Shown in pieces: positions 26,580-39,100 of a DNA stretch of 64,000 bases. Each line of letters begins with the position of its first letter. Position 1 is the first letter of the stretch. The notes under the pieces were generated by a model. The model had not been told where the DNA came from. It did not search any database and saw only the letters and a list, made by a program, of their open reading frames with translations. The position numbers and the translations under genes were made by a program. Source of the stretch: Antedon mediterranea (Eukaryota > Animalia > Echinodermata); contig NC_092680.1 of assembly GCF_964355755.1 (NCBI RefSeq), positions 8,370,001-8,434,000 on the forward strand. Reading direction: 5' to 3'.

Positions 26580-29500
26580 AATCCTAAATGCATCATGTAG
26601 AAGATATTGACAAATAGCAGCTTCACTATCAGAATGAACGCTGTGTGAGATTGATACTTCTTTGCAACTGTAACCAGTTACACCACGGACATGGTTCAAA
26701 TCTTCCGTTATTTAGTTATTTGAATGCATTCTATAAGAAATTGATATTTTTTTTCTGCAGAAACCACTTGCATTATCACAAATAGTAAACAAACAGTATC
26801 TTTCCTTATCTAAATGCACCCTGTAACAGATTGATATTTTTTTTGCAGTTACACATTCACATATAGTTCAGTATCTTCCGTTATCTAAATGCACCTTGTA
26901 AGAGATTGATATTTTTTTGCAGTTACACTTTGACAGATATTTCAGTATCTTCCGTTATCTAAATGCACCTTGTAAGAGATTGATATTTCTTTGCAGTTAC
27001 ACATTCACATATAGTTCAGTATCTTCCGTTATCTAAATGCACCTTGTAAGAGATTGATATTTCTTTGCATTTACACTTTGACAGATATTTCAGTATCTTC
27101 CGTTATCTAAATGCACCTTGTAAGAGATTGATATTTCTTTGCAGTTACACATTCACATATAGTTCAGTATCTTCCGTTATCTAAATGCACCTTGTAAGAG
27201 ATTGATATTTCTTTGCAGTTACACTTTAACAGATATTTCAGTATCTTCCGTTATCTAAATGCACCTTGTAAGAGATTGATATTTTTTTTGCAGTTACACA
27301 TTCACAGATATTTCAGTATCTTCCGTTATCTAAATGCACCTTGTAAGAGATTGATATTTCTTTGCAGTTACACTTTGACAGATATTTCAGTATCTTCCGT
27401 TATCTAAATGCACCTTGTAAGAGATTGATATTTCTTTGCAGTTACACATTCACAGATATTTCAGTATCTTCCGTTATCTAAATGCACCTTGTAAGAGATT
27501 GATATTTCTTTGCAGTTACACATTCACAGATATTTCAGTATCTTCCGTTATCTAAATGCACCTTGTAAGAGATTGATATTTCTTTGCATTTACACTTTGA
27601 CAGATATTTCAGTATCTTCCGTTATCTAAATGCACCTTGTAAGAGATTGATATTTCTTTGCAGTTACACATTCACAGATAGTTCAGTATCTTCCGTTATC
27701 TAAATGCACCTTGTAAGAGATTGATATTTCTTTGCATTTACACTTTGACAGATATTTCAGTATCTTCCGTTATCTAAATGCACCTTGTAAGAGATTGATA
27801 TTTCTTTGCATTTACACTTTGACAGATATTTCAGTATCTTCCGTTATCTAAATGCACCTTGTAAGAGATTGATATTTTCTTTGCAGTTACACATTCACAT
27901 ATAGTTCAGTATCTTCCGTTATCTAAATGCACCTTGTAAGAGATTGATATTTCTTTGCATTTACACTTTGACAGATATTTCAGTATCTTCCGTTATCTAA
28001 ATGCACCTTGTAAGAGATTGATATTTCTTTGCAGTTACACATTCACATATAGTTCAGTATCTTCCGTTATCTAAATGCACCTTGTAAGAGATTGATATTT
28101 CTTTGCAGTTACACATTCACATATAGTTCAGTATCTTCCGTTATCTAAATTCACCTTGTAAGAGATTGATATTTCTTTGCAGTTACACTTTGACAGATAT
28201 TTCAGTATCTTCCGTTATCTAAATGCACCTTGTAACAGATTGATATTTCTTTGCATTTACACTTTGACAGATATTTCAGTATCTTCCGTTATCTAAATGC
28301 ACCTTGTAAGAGATTGATATTTCTTTGCAGTTACACATTCACATATAGTTCAGTATCTTCCGTTATCTAAATGCACCTTGTAAGGGATTGATATTTTTTT
28401 GCAGTTACACTTTGACAGATATTTCAGTATCTTCCGTTATCTAAATGCACCTTGTAAGAGATTGATATTTTTTTGCAGTTACACTTTGACAGATAGTTCA
28501 GTATCTTCCGTTATCTAAATGCATCTTGTAAGAGATTGATATTTTTTTGCAGTTACACATTCACATATAGTTCAGTATCTTCCGTTATCTAAATGCACCT
28601 TGTAAGAGATTGATATTTCTTTGCAGTTACACATTCACATATAGTTCAGTATCTTCCGTTATCTAAATGCACCTTGTAAGAGATTGATATTTTTTTGCAG
28701 TTACACTTTGACAGATATTTCAGTATCTTCCGTTATCTAAATGCACCTTGTAAGAGATTGATATTTTTTTGCAGTTACACTTTGACAGATAGTTCAGTAT
28801 CTTCCGTTATCTAAATGCATCTTGTAAGAGATTGATATTTTTTTGCAGTTACACTTTGACAGATATTTCAGTATCTTCCGTTATCTAAATGCACCTTGTA
28901 ACAGATTGATATTTCTTTGCATTTACACTTTGACAGATATTTCAGTATCTTCCGTTATCTAAATGCACCTTGTAAGAGATTGATATTTCTTTGCAGTTAC
29001 ACATTCACATATAGTTCAGTATCTTCCGTTATCTAAATGCACCTTGTAAGAGATTGATATTTCTTTGCAGTTACACTTTGACAGATATTTCAGTATCTTC
29101 CGTTATCTAAATGCACCTTGTAAGAGATTGATATTTCTTTGCAGTTACACTTTGACAGATATTTCAGTATCTTCCGTTATCTAAATGCACCTTGTAAGAG
29201 ATTGATATTTCTTTGCAGTTACACATTCACAGATAGTTCAGTATCTTCCGTTATCTAAATGCACCTTGTAAGAGATTGATATTTTTTTGCAGTTACACTT
29301 TGACAGATAGTTCAGTATCTTCCGTTATCTAAATGCACCTTGTAAGAGATTGATATTTCTTTGCAGTTACACATTCACAGATAGTTCAGTATCTTCCGTT
29401 ATCTAAATGCACCTTGTAAGAGATTGATATTTCTTTGCATTTACACTTTGACAGATATTTCAGTATCTTCCGTTATCTAAATGCACCTTGTAAGAGATTG

Positions 29501-30990
29501 ATATTTTTTTGCAGTTACACTTTGACAGATAGTTCAGTATCTTCCGTTATCTAAATGCACCTTGTAAGAGATTGATATTTCTTTGCAGTTACACATTCAC
29601 ATATAGTTCAGTATCTTCCGTTATCTAAATGCACCTTGTAAGAGATTGATATTTTTTTGCAGTTACACTTTGACAGATATTTCAGTATCTTCCGTTATCT
29701 AAATGCACCTTGTAAGAGATTGATATTTTTTTGCAGTTACACTTTGACAGATATTTCAGTATCTTCCGTTATCTAAATGCACCTTGTAAGAGATTGATAT
29801 TTCTTTGCAGTTACACATTCACATATAGTTCAGTATCTTCCGTTATCTAAATGCACCTTGTAAGAGATTGATATTTCTTTGCAGTTACACTTTAACAGAT
29901 ATTTCAGTATCTTCCGTTATCTAAATGCATCCTGTAAGAGATTGATATTTCTTTGCAGTTACACATTCACATATAGTTCAGTATCTTCCGTTATCTAAAT
30001 GCACCCTGTAACAGATTGATATTTCTTTGCAGTTACACATTCACAGATAGTTCAGTATCTTCCGTTATCTAAATGCACCTTGTAAGAGATTGATATTTTT
30101 TTGCAGTTACACTTTGACAGATAGTTCAGTATCTTCCGTTATCTAAATGCACCTTGTAACAGATTGATATTTTTTTGCAGTTACACTTTGACAGATAGTT
30201 CAGTATCTTCCGTTATCTAAATGCATCTTGTAAGAGATTGATATTTTTTTGCAGTTACACATTCACATATAGTTCAGTATCTTCCGTTATCTAAATGCAC
30301 CTTGTAAGAGATTGATATTTCTTTGCAGTTACACATTCACATATAGTTCAGTATCTTCCGTTATCTAAATGCACCTTGTAAGAGATTGATATTTTTTTGC
30401 AGTTACACTTTGACAGATATTTCAGTATCTTCCGTTATCTAAATGCACCTTGTAAGAGATTGATATTTTTTTGCAGTTACACTTTGACAGATAGTTCAGT
30501 ATCTTCCGTTATCTAAATGCACCTTGTAAGAGATTGATATTTCTTTGCAGTTACACATTCACAGATAGTTCAGTATCTTCCGTTATCTAAATGCACCTTG
30601 TAAGAGATTGATATTTCTTTGCAGTTACACATTCACAGATAGTTCAGTATCTTCCGTTATCTAAATGCACCCTGTAAGATACTAATATTGCTTTGCAGTT
30701 ACCGTACACTTTAACAGATAGTTCAGTATCTTCCGTTATCTAAATGCATCCTTAGAAATTGACATTTCCTTCTCTACTGCTGTAACCAGTTACACTTTCA
30801 GAGAGTTCAATATCTTTCGTTATCTAAATGCACACTGAAACCAGTTACAATGTCATTAATATATGATTCATTATCTTAGGTTATCTAAATGTATCCTGTA
30901 AGGAGATAGTGGTCACTTTGCAGCAGAAACCAGTTCAGTCTATTAAATGTATTAATTAAGAAAGAATTCATTTGCAGCTAAAACCAGTAA
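26580..30990 (+). pseudogene. Decayed LRR-like 28-aa repeat coding region (possibly NLR-type) underlying the minisatellite
   Basis: Flanking units carry 10 extra nt, giving 84 bp. They translate as L*EIDISLQxKPVTLSQIVQYLxLSKCT/I, with synonymous variation (CTA/CTG/TTG, GAA/GAG, TGC/TGT, CAG/CAA); NPKC-like segment near 26580. Confidence 0.45.
26795..30750. repeat. 74-bp minisatellite, ~53 near-identical copies, with degenerate longer units on both flanks (26640-26795, 30750-30990)
   Basis: Unit cagtatcttccgttatctaaatgcaccttgtaagagattgatatttctttgcagttacactttgacagatattt; 74-bp period measured directly (for example 26881 to 26955). Confidence 0.98.
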
Positions 30991-33804
30991 CAGACGACGT
31001 TACGTCAGAGATCTGCAATGTATCTTCATTAATGCTCTGAATGTGTATAGATTGCTTGCAGTTGGAACTTGCTATAAAACAATCGATATTATTAATATCC
31101 TACATCAGTTATACTTCTGGTTGACCTAAACTTAAAATACATGTTTCATCTGGGACTTATTTTGGATATTTACATTAATCTGTGCATCCTTTGAGAGATC
31201 GTACAGTAAGTCTTTTTTGGTAATCTGCTCATGTCGGTTGTCTTTATCCCTGTACTCAGATATAAAAAAGACGAGTTTACGATCAATGTGAGTCAGTTAA
31301 TGTCAGCACAGAGACTAATCATTCTTAATCATTACATGTTTTTATGTAATCTATCAACATTACATTTTGTCATCCGTCATAAATTGTAAATTGTCTGCAA
31401 ATATTAGTTCAAACATAGAACTAATGTATTAGAAGTACACAATTCAAATATATATACACATGTACTCGTTGACAGGAGATTGTTTTGTAGCCAGTAATGT
31501 ACAGTGGTTTGTTGATTGATCAGATCGATATTGTAAAAGTATTCTTTTCAACTCTTTCATCTGAGTTAAGTAAGTATCTATGACATACCATTTCTTTATT
31601 TATACTTGGAAACAGCCTCACATTTCGCCACATATGTTGCAGTTGTATACTTACTACAGGTATAACACTAGGAAAATCGGCTAATAAAAAGAATATGAAT
31701 CCGATGAGTTCAGATAACAGAAACAGGAAATATATAGCATGCAGGTAGAAGTGTTCATCCTGGGCCACTGGGTCGTCATACCTATAACAGTAAGAAATTA
31801 TGAAATATCTTGCCCTCTTTAATATAAAAAAACACTTCTGAATAATGTCATAGGACTACATATAATTTCATATAGAAGTATCGTCAAAATTATCATTTCA
31901 AACTCTTCAGAATTATTATGGCGTTGATCTGTATGTATCAGATTGTCATAAACATTGTCTAATAATTTAATTTGTTTAGCTTTTGTTACTGTTATGTTTA
32001 AGGCTTTTAAAATGGCTGAATACGCCAGGTAAGTTATTCTATTCTTGCAAAGATGTGTTGCCAACCATTAACAAAAAATGGGATAACTGAACAGATCAGT
32101 ATAATTATAAGTGTGGAAAAAGACACGATTATACGTGTGCTCAATCATTTGCGCATGCGCTAAGCTCTCGCAACAATCCCGTAGCCACGTCGTGTTACGA
32201 GAAGAAATACATGTTAGTAGTCATTATAGTATAAACGCATAACTACAGTAACCTACGTTATAATAGACATTGTATATTAATAATGGCAGTACATAATATA
32301 GTAACTTTTTAATCAACGATCCTTTTAATATCTCGTTTCACTTGTCACCTTAAAAGAAAGGCAGTAAATATTATTAAAACAGCATTTTGTCAACATTAAA
32401 CAAGGACCAAACTGTGGATTTGACGTGAATATAAATCATGTATGTTATTGATTTGTGCATTTGTGAGCGATCGATCTGTCAAACACAAATGGTATGTCTC
32501 GTTTGATTTCAAGTTTTCATTAACAGTAATGATAGATTGAATTCTGTATACCTATGCACTTGAGCCATCTTAGATATCACAGATAGGCTACATGTCATTG
32601 TTATTGATTAAGTGTAGATAATTTGTAAGAGGTCAAACTCGTATCAGGCCTTTTATGACGGCGGTGGTACCAGTAGCAGCAGTGACAGGGCAGCTAGGCC
32701 CCTTCAAATAATATAAAACAAGTTTTTAAAGAAAACATCATAAAAACCTCTTTATATGTATTAATATTATTGATTGATGCTTCAGTATCAATTGGAAAAA
32801 CACTAATTATGAATGTAAATAAACCGACAACGTATATTTAAATTGAAATATTTAAATAGGAAGTTATTCGATCGTCGCAATTCGAATACACATTGCCAAG
32901 TTAATCATTATATTACTAACAAGTAATATAATATTGGTCAGGTTATTATAGTCGACCAGCAGCAGCAAATCTTCTCTGATAGACTTGTTTAGCACTTGTT
33001 TTGTCCCCCACAATCAGTACAATCTTTCTCCGTATTATGCCGTTTGCGCATTACGTCAGTGTATTACTGATCACGCATAACTAACGCCATCACATTTTTC
33101 AACTATTCTGTTCAAAAGTTTGTTTATAAACAAAAACCGAATTAACTTTTTCATTTAAAAAAAAAGTTTTATTTTCAATAATATTTTTTTCTATACGTAC
33201 ATCATCACTTTGTTGATAAATGTTTGTGAGAGAAAGTTTTTATAAATTATTCGCTTTCAAACGCTGTCCCGAATCCATTCATATAATTGTTCAATAAATC
33301 ATTGCTTTCTGCTAGCAATTGCTAGTTCTAATAATAGATTATCATCGGTCTTAATTGACGGCACGTAAATAGATTCTGGTAATTATACTGTATATATGAA
33401 CGTACACAATCGGTAATATAGTCACGTGCATTTAAAATGTGATTAGGGTAGAAAGTCCAGAATACTAACCGTGTGTGCCATTCCTTGGATGAACTTCTAT
33501 AGACAGTTATGCATGCTATTTGTCTGCTTATATGTTTACAATCTTATTAACCCAGATCTCTAGTTTTATCTGTTGCAGCAATACGTCACGTTTCTTTCTA
33601 ACAACAATTAATTACCAGAATACGTTTGATATGTGTAATTTGTAGTTTTGTCATTTACAATCAAAGTTACAATGTACTGCACCAGCAGATTTCAGTTGTT
33701 TTTTAAATAATGTTGGGTGGGCCTAGATCGTGCCATTATTCCTACCCCTAAAAGGATCGCTGAAGCTTTCTGGGCTATCCTGGAAAATCTTTTATTATGC
33801 CTAA

Positions 33805-34060
33805 ATTATTATTATTATTTTTATTATTATTATTATTTTATTTATATAGCGCTTTTCCAAATTAGTGTAAAATGATCAAAGCGCTTTACATCAGCAGACC
33901 CAACAATGAGTTACTTCTTATGAAATAGATGTGTTTTGAGGGCTTTTTTAAATTTTAAAACCGTGGTTTGTTCCCGGATCACAGACGGAAGTTCATTCTA
34001 CATCACTGGTTCAAATTTTGAGAAAGTATTATTTCCAGAGGTCCGCTTTTCGCTTTTTAA
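33805..34060 (-). mobile_element. L2 LINE 3' end
   Basis: Minus strand FSKFEPVM*NELPSVIREQTTVLKFKKALKTHLFHKK* matches the L2 C-terminal WNxLP...FKxxLKTHLF motif; followed by agcgct...agcgctatataaat and an (ATA)n tail. Confidence 0.85.
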
Positions 34061-34340
34061 TTTGTAATGTCAATATTTAATGTTAATAGTTAAATAATTT
34101 TAATTAATTTTTAATTGATTAAAATCACTTTGTTGGCCTATGTATATTTTAAAATGATTTTCCAAATAAATTCAAATCAAATAAAAAACTGATTTCTCTA
34201 TGATCTTACAAGATAAATAAATTGTTTAAATTTATCTGATAATAAATATTTTATTGTTTTTCAACTAGATTTACATTGTTTATTATAAAATATATAAACC
34301 TTTGCAACAACATTGATAATACTGTAGCAATACATTAATC

Positions 34341-34637
34341 GCATTGGACTTGCAATTAATAGGTTGCCGGTTCAAGCCCCGGCCCGGTCACTGTAGTGTT
34401 GAGTCCTTGAGCAAGATTCTTTATCCACATTGTTCCTCCCCACCCAGGTGATAGAAATGGGTACCGGTATGTAAAAAGTACTGGGAAGGTAAATCAGACT
34501 CGTTTGTGCGGGAGGAGTGGCGTACCCCCCACAAACATACACACTTAGTGGAGTTTGGCCCAAACGCTAAAGAAATGGAGATGGGCACCACGGCCATAAG
34601 CATTAGCTTAGGTTTCGACTTTACCTTTTTTTACTTT
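34341..34637 (+). mobile_element. tRNA-derived SINE with CORE-like domain, 5'-truncated
   Basis: B box GGTTCAAGCCC, CORE-like gtccttgagcaagattctttatcc...ccaggtgatagaaatgggtacc and tail ctttacc; close antisense copy at 53468-53780. Confidence 0.85.
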
Positions 34638-36146
34638 AAATCTGGCTTTTGATAACGACAAATAAATAAATTAAATTTAAATTGAATTAAGAAATAGAAC
34701 ATTTATACCCGGAGCTACCCTTTAAATTGTGTCAAACCAGCAAAACAAGCGAGATATATTTTTGGAATTATCTGATCCACAAATCTCTATTATATATACA
34801 TAAAGTTTATTATACGTACTTGAAGTAGGTCACTGCCATTCTGAAACCCCGTTAATATAATGTTTACCAAGCCCATGGGACGTTAAGATGTCCTATTACA
34901 AGTTGGTATGGGAATACAATCATTAAAATGTTCTTTTTGTATTTCCGACTTGTGTGTCTTTATCTTAACAGTCTATCTAAAATGTTGAAAACATGACGTT
35001 CTATCTGATTCTATCTGAAGTTAAAGCTCATTAAACACAGATCTATACGCCAGTGAGACTCGTATAAATGGAATGGCGAATGTCCAGCCGGCTACTTGGA
35101 CACCATACCGAGTTAGGTCAAGTATGAAATGAACGATTATTAGACGAAGCGTTAATTAGGCAAATCGTCATAAGATCACGGGCGACGTATGGAATGTATA
35201 TTTCTTCAATATTCTAAACCAAATGATAGAATCGACTAGTGGGGTTGAATATTATAACATGAGTCTGGTTATTGGTGGTAATTTCTGTTGCACATTATTC
35301 ACTGTTTTATGTTGTTATTCACAATTCGGTGCATGTTTTTCCTCTCGGCACCTGAATCGTTTAAAAACAAGTTTAGTCAGAATCAGATTAGTGTTGATGA
35401 TTGTAGGTTGCATTCACGGGTAGTTACGTGGAGCAGAGGACTTTAAAAACGATTGTACCAACGGATACATTTCATCTTCTAAGGATAAATTGTATTAAAA
35501 AAATTCTTGTAATGCAACTTGCTTTCATAATCGTATTACAATACCTTTCTGCAGTGATCCGGTCATAAAATATTATACACGAACAATTTCCGCGTTAATT
35601 TAACGTACGTGCACGTTGTGTTTGTGTGGACCATCTAACTCGTCATGGTGACGAGTTCCAATATAGTTATCCCTATTTTGTTCCGGTAGGAATAAGTATT
35701 ATTTGAAAAAGCATCCTGTTAATAATTAAATAATATTAATATGTATAAACACTTGGCTATTTGGTTAAATTCAAGGTAATCTAAACCATTGCATTGATGA
35801 GAAATAGACCTAAATGTTACAGTAAGTTTATTACAAGGATCACATTCATTTTCAATATTGATAAATTAGTGTATGGAAGCTTTCGGAATAAATTTGCAAA
35901 AGGCAATTTAAAATTTCCAATTAGTTTGAAATTATTTTTTAAAGAAAGCAGAAATTTAATTTTGTCATTACTTAATCACTTCCCGACCAATATTTTGTGA
36001 ATGTAATTTATTTCATCATAAAATAGATTTAAAACACTGTAATTGATACAGTAATAGGAATAATTCAAATAAGGTAAATGTCTTGAAGAAAATAGGAAAA
36101 GCATATATCAATTATATACATGATATATCAACCTGTGTGAAAATCC

Positions 36147-36191
36147 CTCTGTATGATGGCTACGGAGGCTTTCCGTAGCCGTCATACAGAG
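36147..36191. repeat. 20-bp-stem hairpin
   Basis: ctctgtatgatggctacgga-ggctt-tccgtagccgtcatacagag; one G-T pair. Confidence 0.9.
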
Positions 36192-39100
36192 CCGTCATAC
36201 AACATTTGCATCCTCGCAATAACGAATTAGCCTGGGCAAAAACTATAATACCCTATCTATCTACTGAGTGCGTCTTAAGCCGTTGGAAGTTTCATGAATG
36301 ACACATGAAGCCATCTCAACACTGTCAAATTGTATAAAATTCGTTAATTTATTATTCATAACTTCGCAACCACACTTATTGTTTAGTCCTAATTGACCTA
36401 GGCCCATTTCATGTACGGTATTGTACATTAACTTATTTTGGATTCTCTGATTTTGGTTTAGGCTAGAATTTTTTGACAGTAACTTCCCGGCCCACACTTT
36501 ACAATAAGTTTAGTCTCTAGTGACTATACTCTTCCCTGATATATTGATATACAGTATTATTATTGTTATTAGTTGTTGTCTGATAACGGCAAAAATTGGA
36601 TTAAACACGCTTTGTATCGTTCGGAAAATATATGCACAATGCACTACATAATATAATTCTTACCTAGCAGTTTGGTAAAAATAATTGTATAGTATTTTCG
36701 CAACACAAAAAACTAATAAATGTAATACAATATTGTAGTCACGTGTGTTAGTTCACCAGAGAAAAATCAAATGTTCGTGCTTAACAATTAACGTTATACG
36801 TCAATTCCCCAGGGGTTAGCCGATGGATGGTCTTATTTAGTATTATTTTACATCTTTTAAGTGAACAAATTGAATACGATGCTAAGAGAAAGTTGTAATT
36901 GAAGATGAAATCAATCTTCTAAAACTGTGTTAAAATTTCTTACGCTGATTGTCAAAAAATAGATCATTTTAGTCACATGAATGTTGTGAATGCACACAGT
37001 GATGTTCCGTGCTCTGATTAATTTTCTTAGATACCAATCTTCGTTTGTGTATTATAGACAAAACACATTGATGTATCTTGCTTGAAAATTTGATTTGGCA
37101 TGTGACACTATTATCTACTGCAGATAAACCATTTATTAATTTACCGTAGCGAGTTAAGAAACCGTATCCAATAATGTTTGTATCTGTTACATTAACATGA
37201 ATAAAAATGCTGCGCATACGGAACCAATAAATAGAATGGCGTTTCAAAAGAAAAGAAATATTCAATCTAATTAGATACAGTAATAAGACCTTTCTTGGCA
37301 CGTACTACTGTGCTCACATAATATGACGTACTTTTGCTATCTGTCTATCATCTAGATACCCGCTCCCTCTCTGTTCTATTTGCCAATAAAACTTCTCATT
37401 GCGATTTTGTTCTAAACTTCCGGTACTTCCTCCTCCATTCAGGCTCTTTTGAATTAATTAAATTGAGAATTATCAGAAACATTGCATGTGTGTGTGTTTA
37501 TGTGAATGTTCACAAGATTGAAACTATGTATGAATGAATTTGATTACAAATCAATGATCGCCTTAACTGTGATTGCGTTGATGCATGCGTTTATTACGCA
37601 AGACAAACATGAAAAGTCACATCATTTCTTGTATGATGTTCTATCGTTCTTATTGATTTGCTAACTTAATCTAGTTCATCGTGAATATTGTGTACGACGG
37701 ACGGGCAATGTTCGCAGTAAGAACGTGATATGCATTGTAAATGTGTTTTCACACTTGCAATCTTATTTGTACACGAACGCATTTCTACGACTGTGCGGGA
37801 GACGTTACGTTATTTTTGTCCAATTAAAACGGTAAGTTTGTATTACTTGTAGGCCTATAATACATATCGAGGAATCACATACTGACAATAATAATGGGGA
37901 TAATCATGTGTATGCCTAATATCCAAACCTTATATTGCTGCGCGTGCGCTAAAATTGTTTATGCGTAAAGCAAAACCCGTAAAATATTGAATTGCACGAA
38001 TTGCTACTTTAAAGATTGATGGACGACACCAGTGGGATATCAAATCAGACAGTTTGATGGACTTACAATATACACAAATTAGACCGTAGAAAAACTAGCT
38101 AGTATCTGATATCAAAAGCCACCGGGCAGAAATTTCCACAATAAATTATGCATTATTTTAAGGGGCAACTATTTTTAAATGGGCTACAATCACTATTTGC
38201 TTATATAATATGTTCTTAAATATTCATGATTAATCATCCAAAAAAATCGTATTATATAGCTTTCAGCGTGAGAGAACATTGAAAGATTTCCAAGCTCGGT
38301 GACCTTTGGATGACGTCACTTCTGATTTTGCTCACTGTTTGTAAAGACAAGGTATTGCAAATTCACTCATTACGAAGCAACTGCGAACAACTTACCACCG
38401 TATCTTCAAAGTAGTTAAAGGTACACAATCCCTATGGCGACAGCTGCCGTTTCACTATTGAACGAAGGCAGTGAGTAACTATTAAAAAATAAGCTTGGCT
38501 TATTTATGTTCATTTGTAGCGCACCAACGAACCCGCTGCGTGTGGATGGCGCACGGTGTGATTATTTTTGTAACTCTTGCCCGATAGGATACATAAGATT
38601 TTCATTTGTACTCGCAACGGATTTCATTACAATAATGCTTCATTCCGCTAAGGTAGGCTATAGTCAACGTTATATTTGTCTGTAGTTGTTTTGTTCATTT
38701 AAAAAATCAATTGCTGAATACAGTGGCGGTTTTACTATTTTCAGGAGTGTTGATCTGTTCTATGATAATTGTCAAAAATAAACTGGTATTAATACGTTCA
38801 TAATTTTATTTTGACTGTCAAAAAAGTTAGACCGCACGTGAGCCTAGCGCTTCCCTAGATCCGTCGATAACTATTGTATGAAAGCCACCGAGTTAGCATT
38901 GATAATCATCGATAGTTATCGATGATAATTGTTATTGCGAAGAATAATTGATTATGCGTCTCAACAATCAAGTTTCTAACCCAAATACTTATTGCAAAAA
39001 TTACACGTGGAAGTTTGTCTTGATATTGAACGTCAGAATATATAGATTAGGAGAGTCGGGACCTCACATCCGTCAACAACTAAAAACGTTTTAAAATGTA

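Noticed and set aside
27213-27407. Track ORF within the satellite
   Set aside because: The 74-bp period rotates frames; this ORF exists only through a chance variant and indel and is not the frame showing synonymous variation.
26795-30750. CRISPR-like array
   Set aside because: Units are contiguous with no unique spacers, variation is limited to a few two-state sites, the context is eukaryotic, and there are no cas genes.
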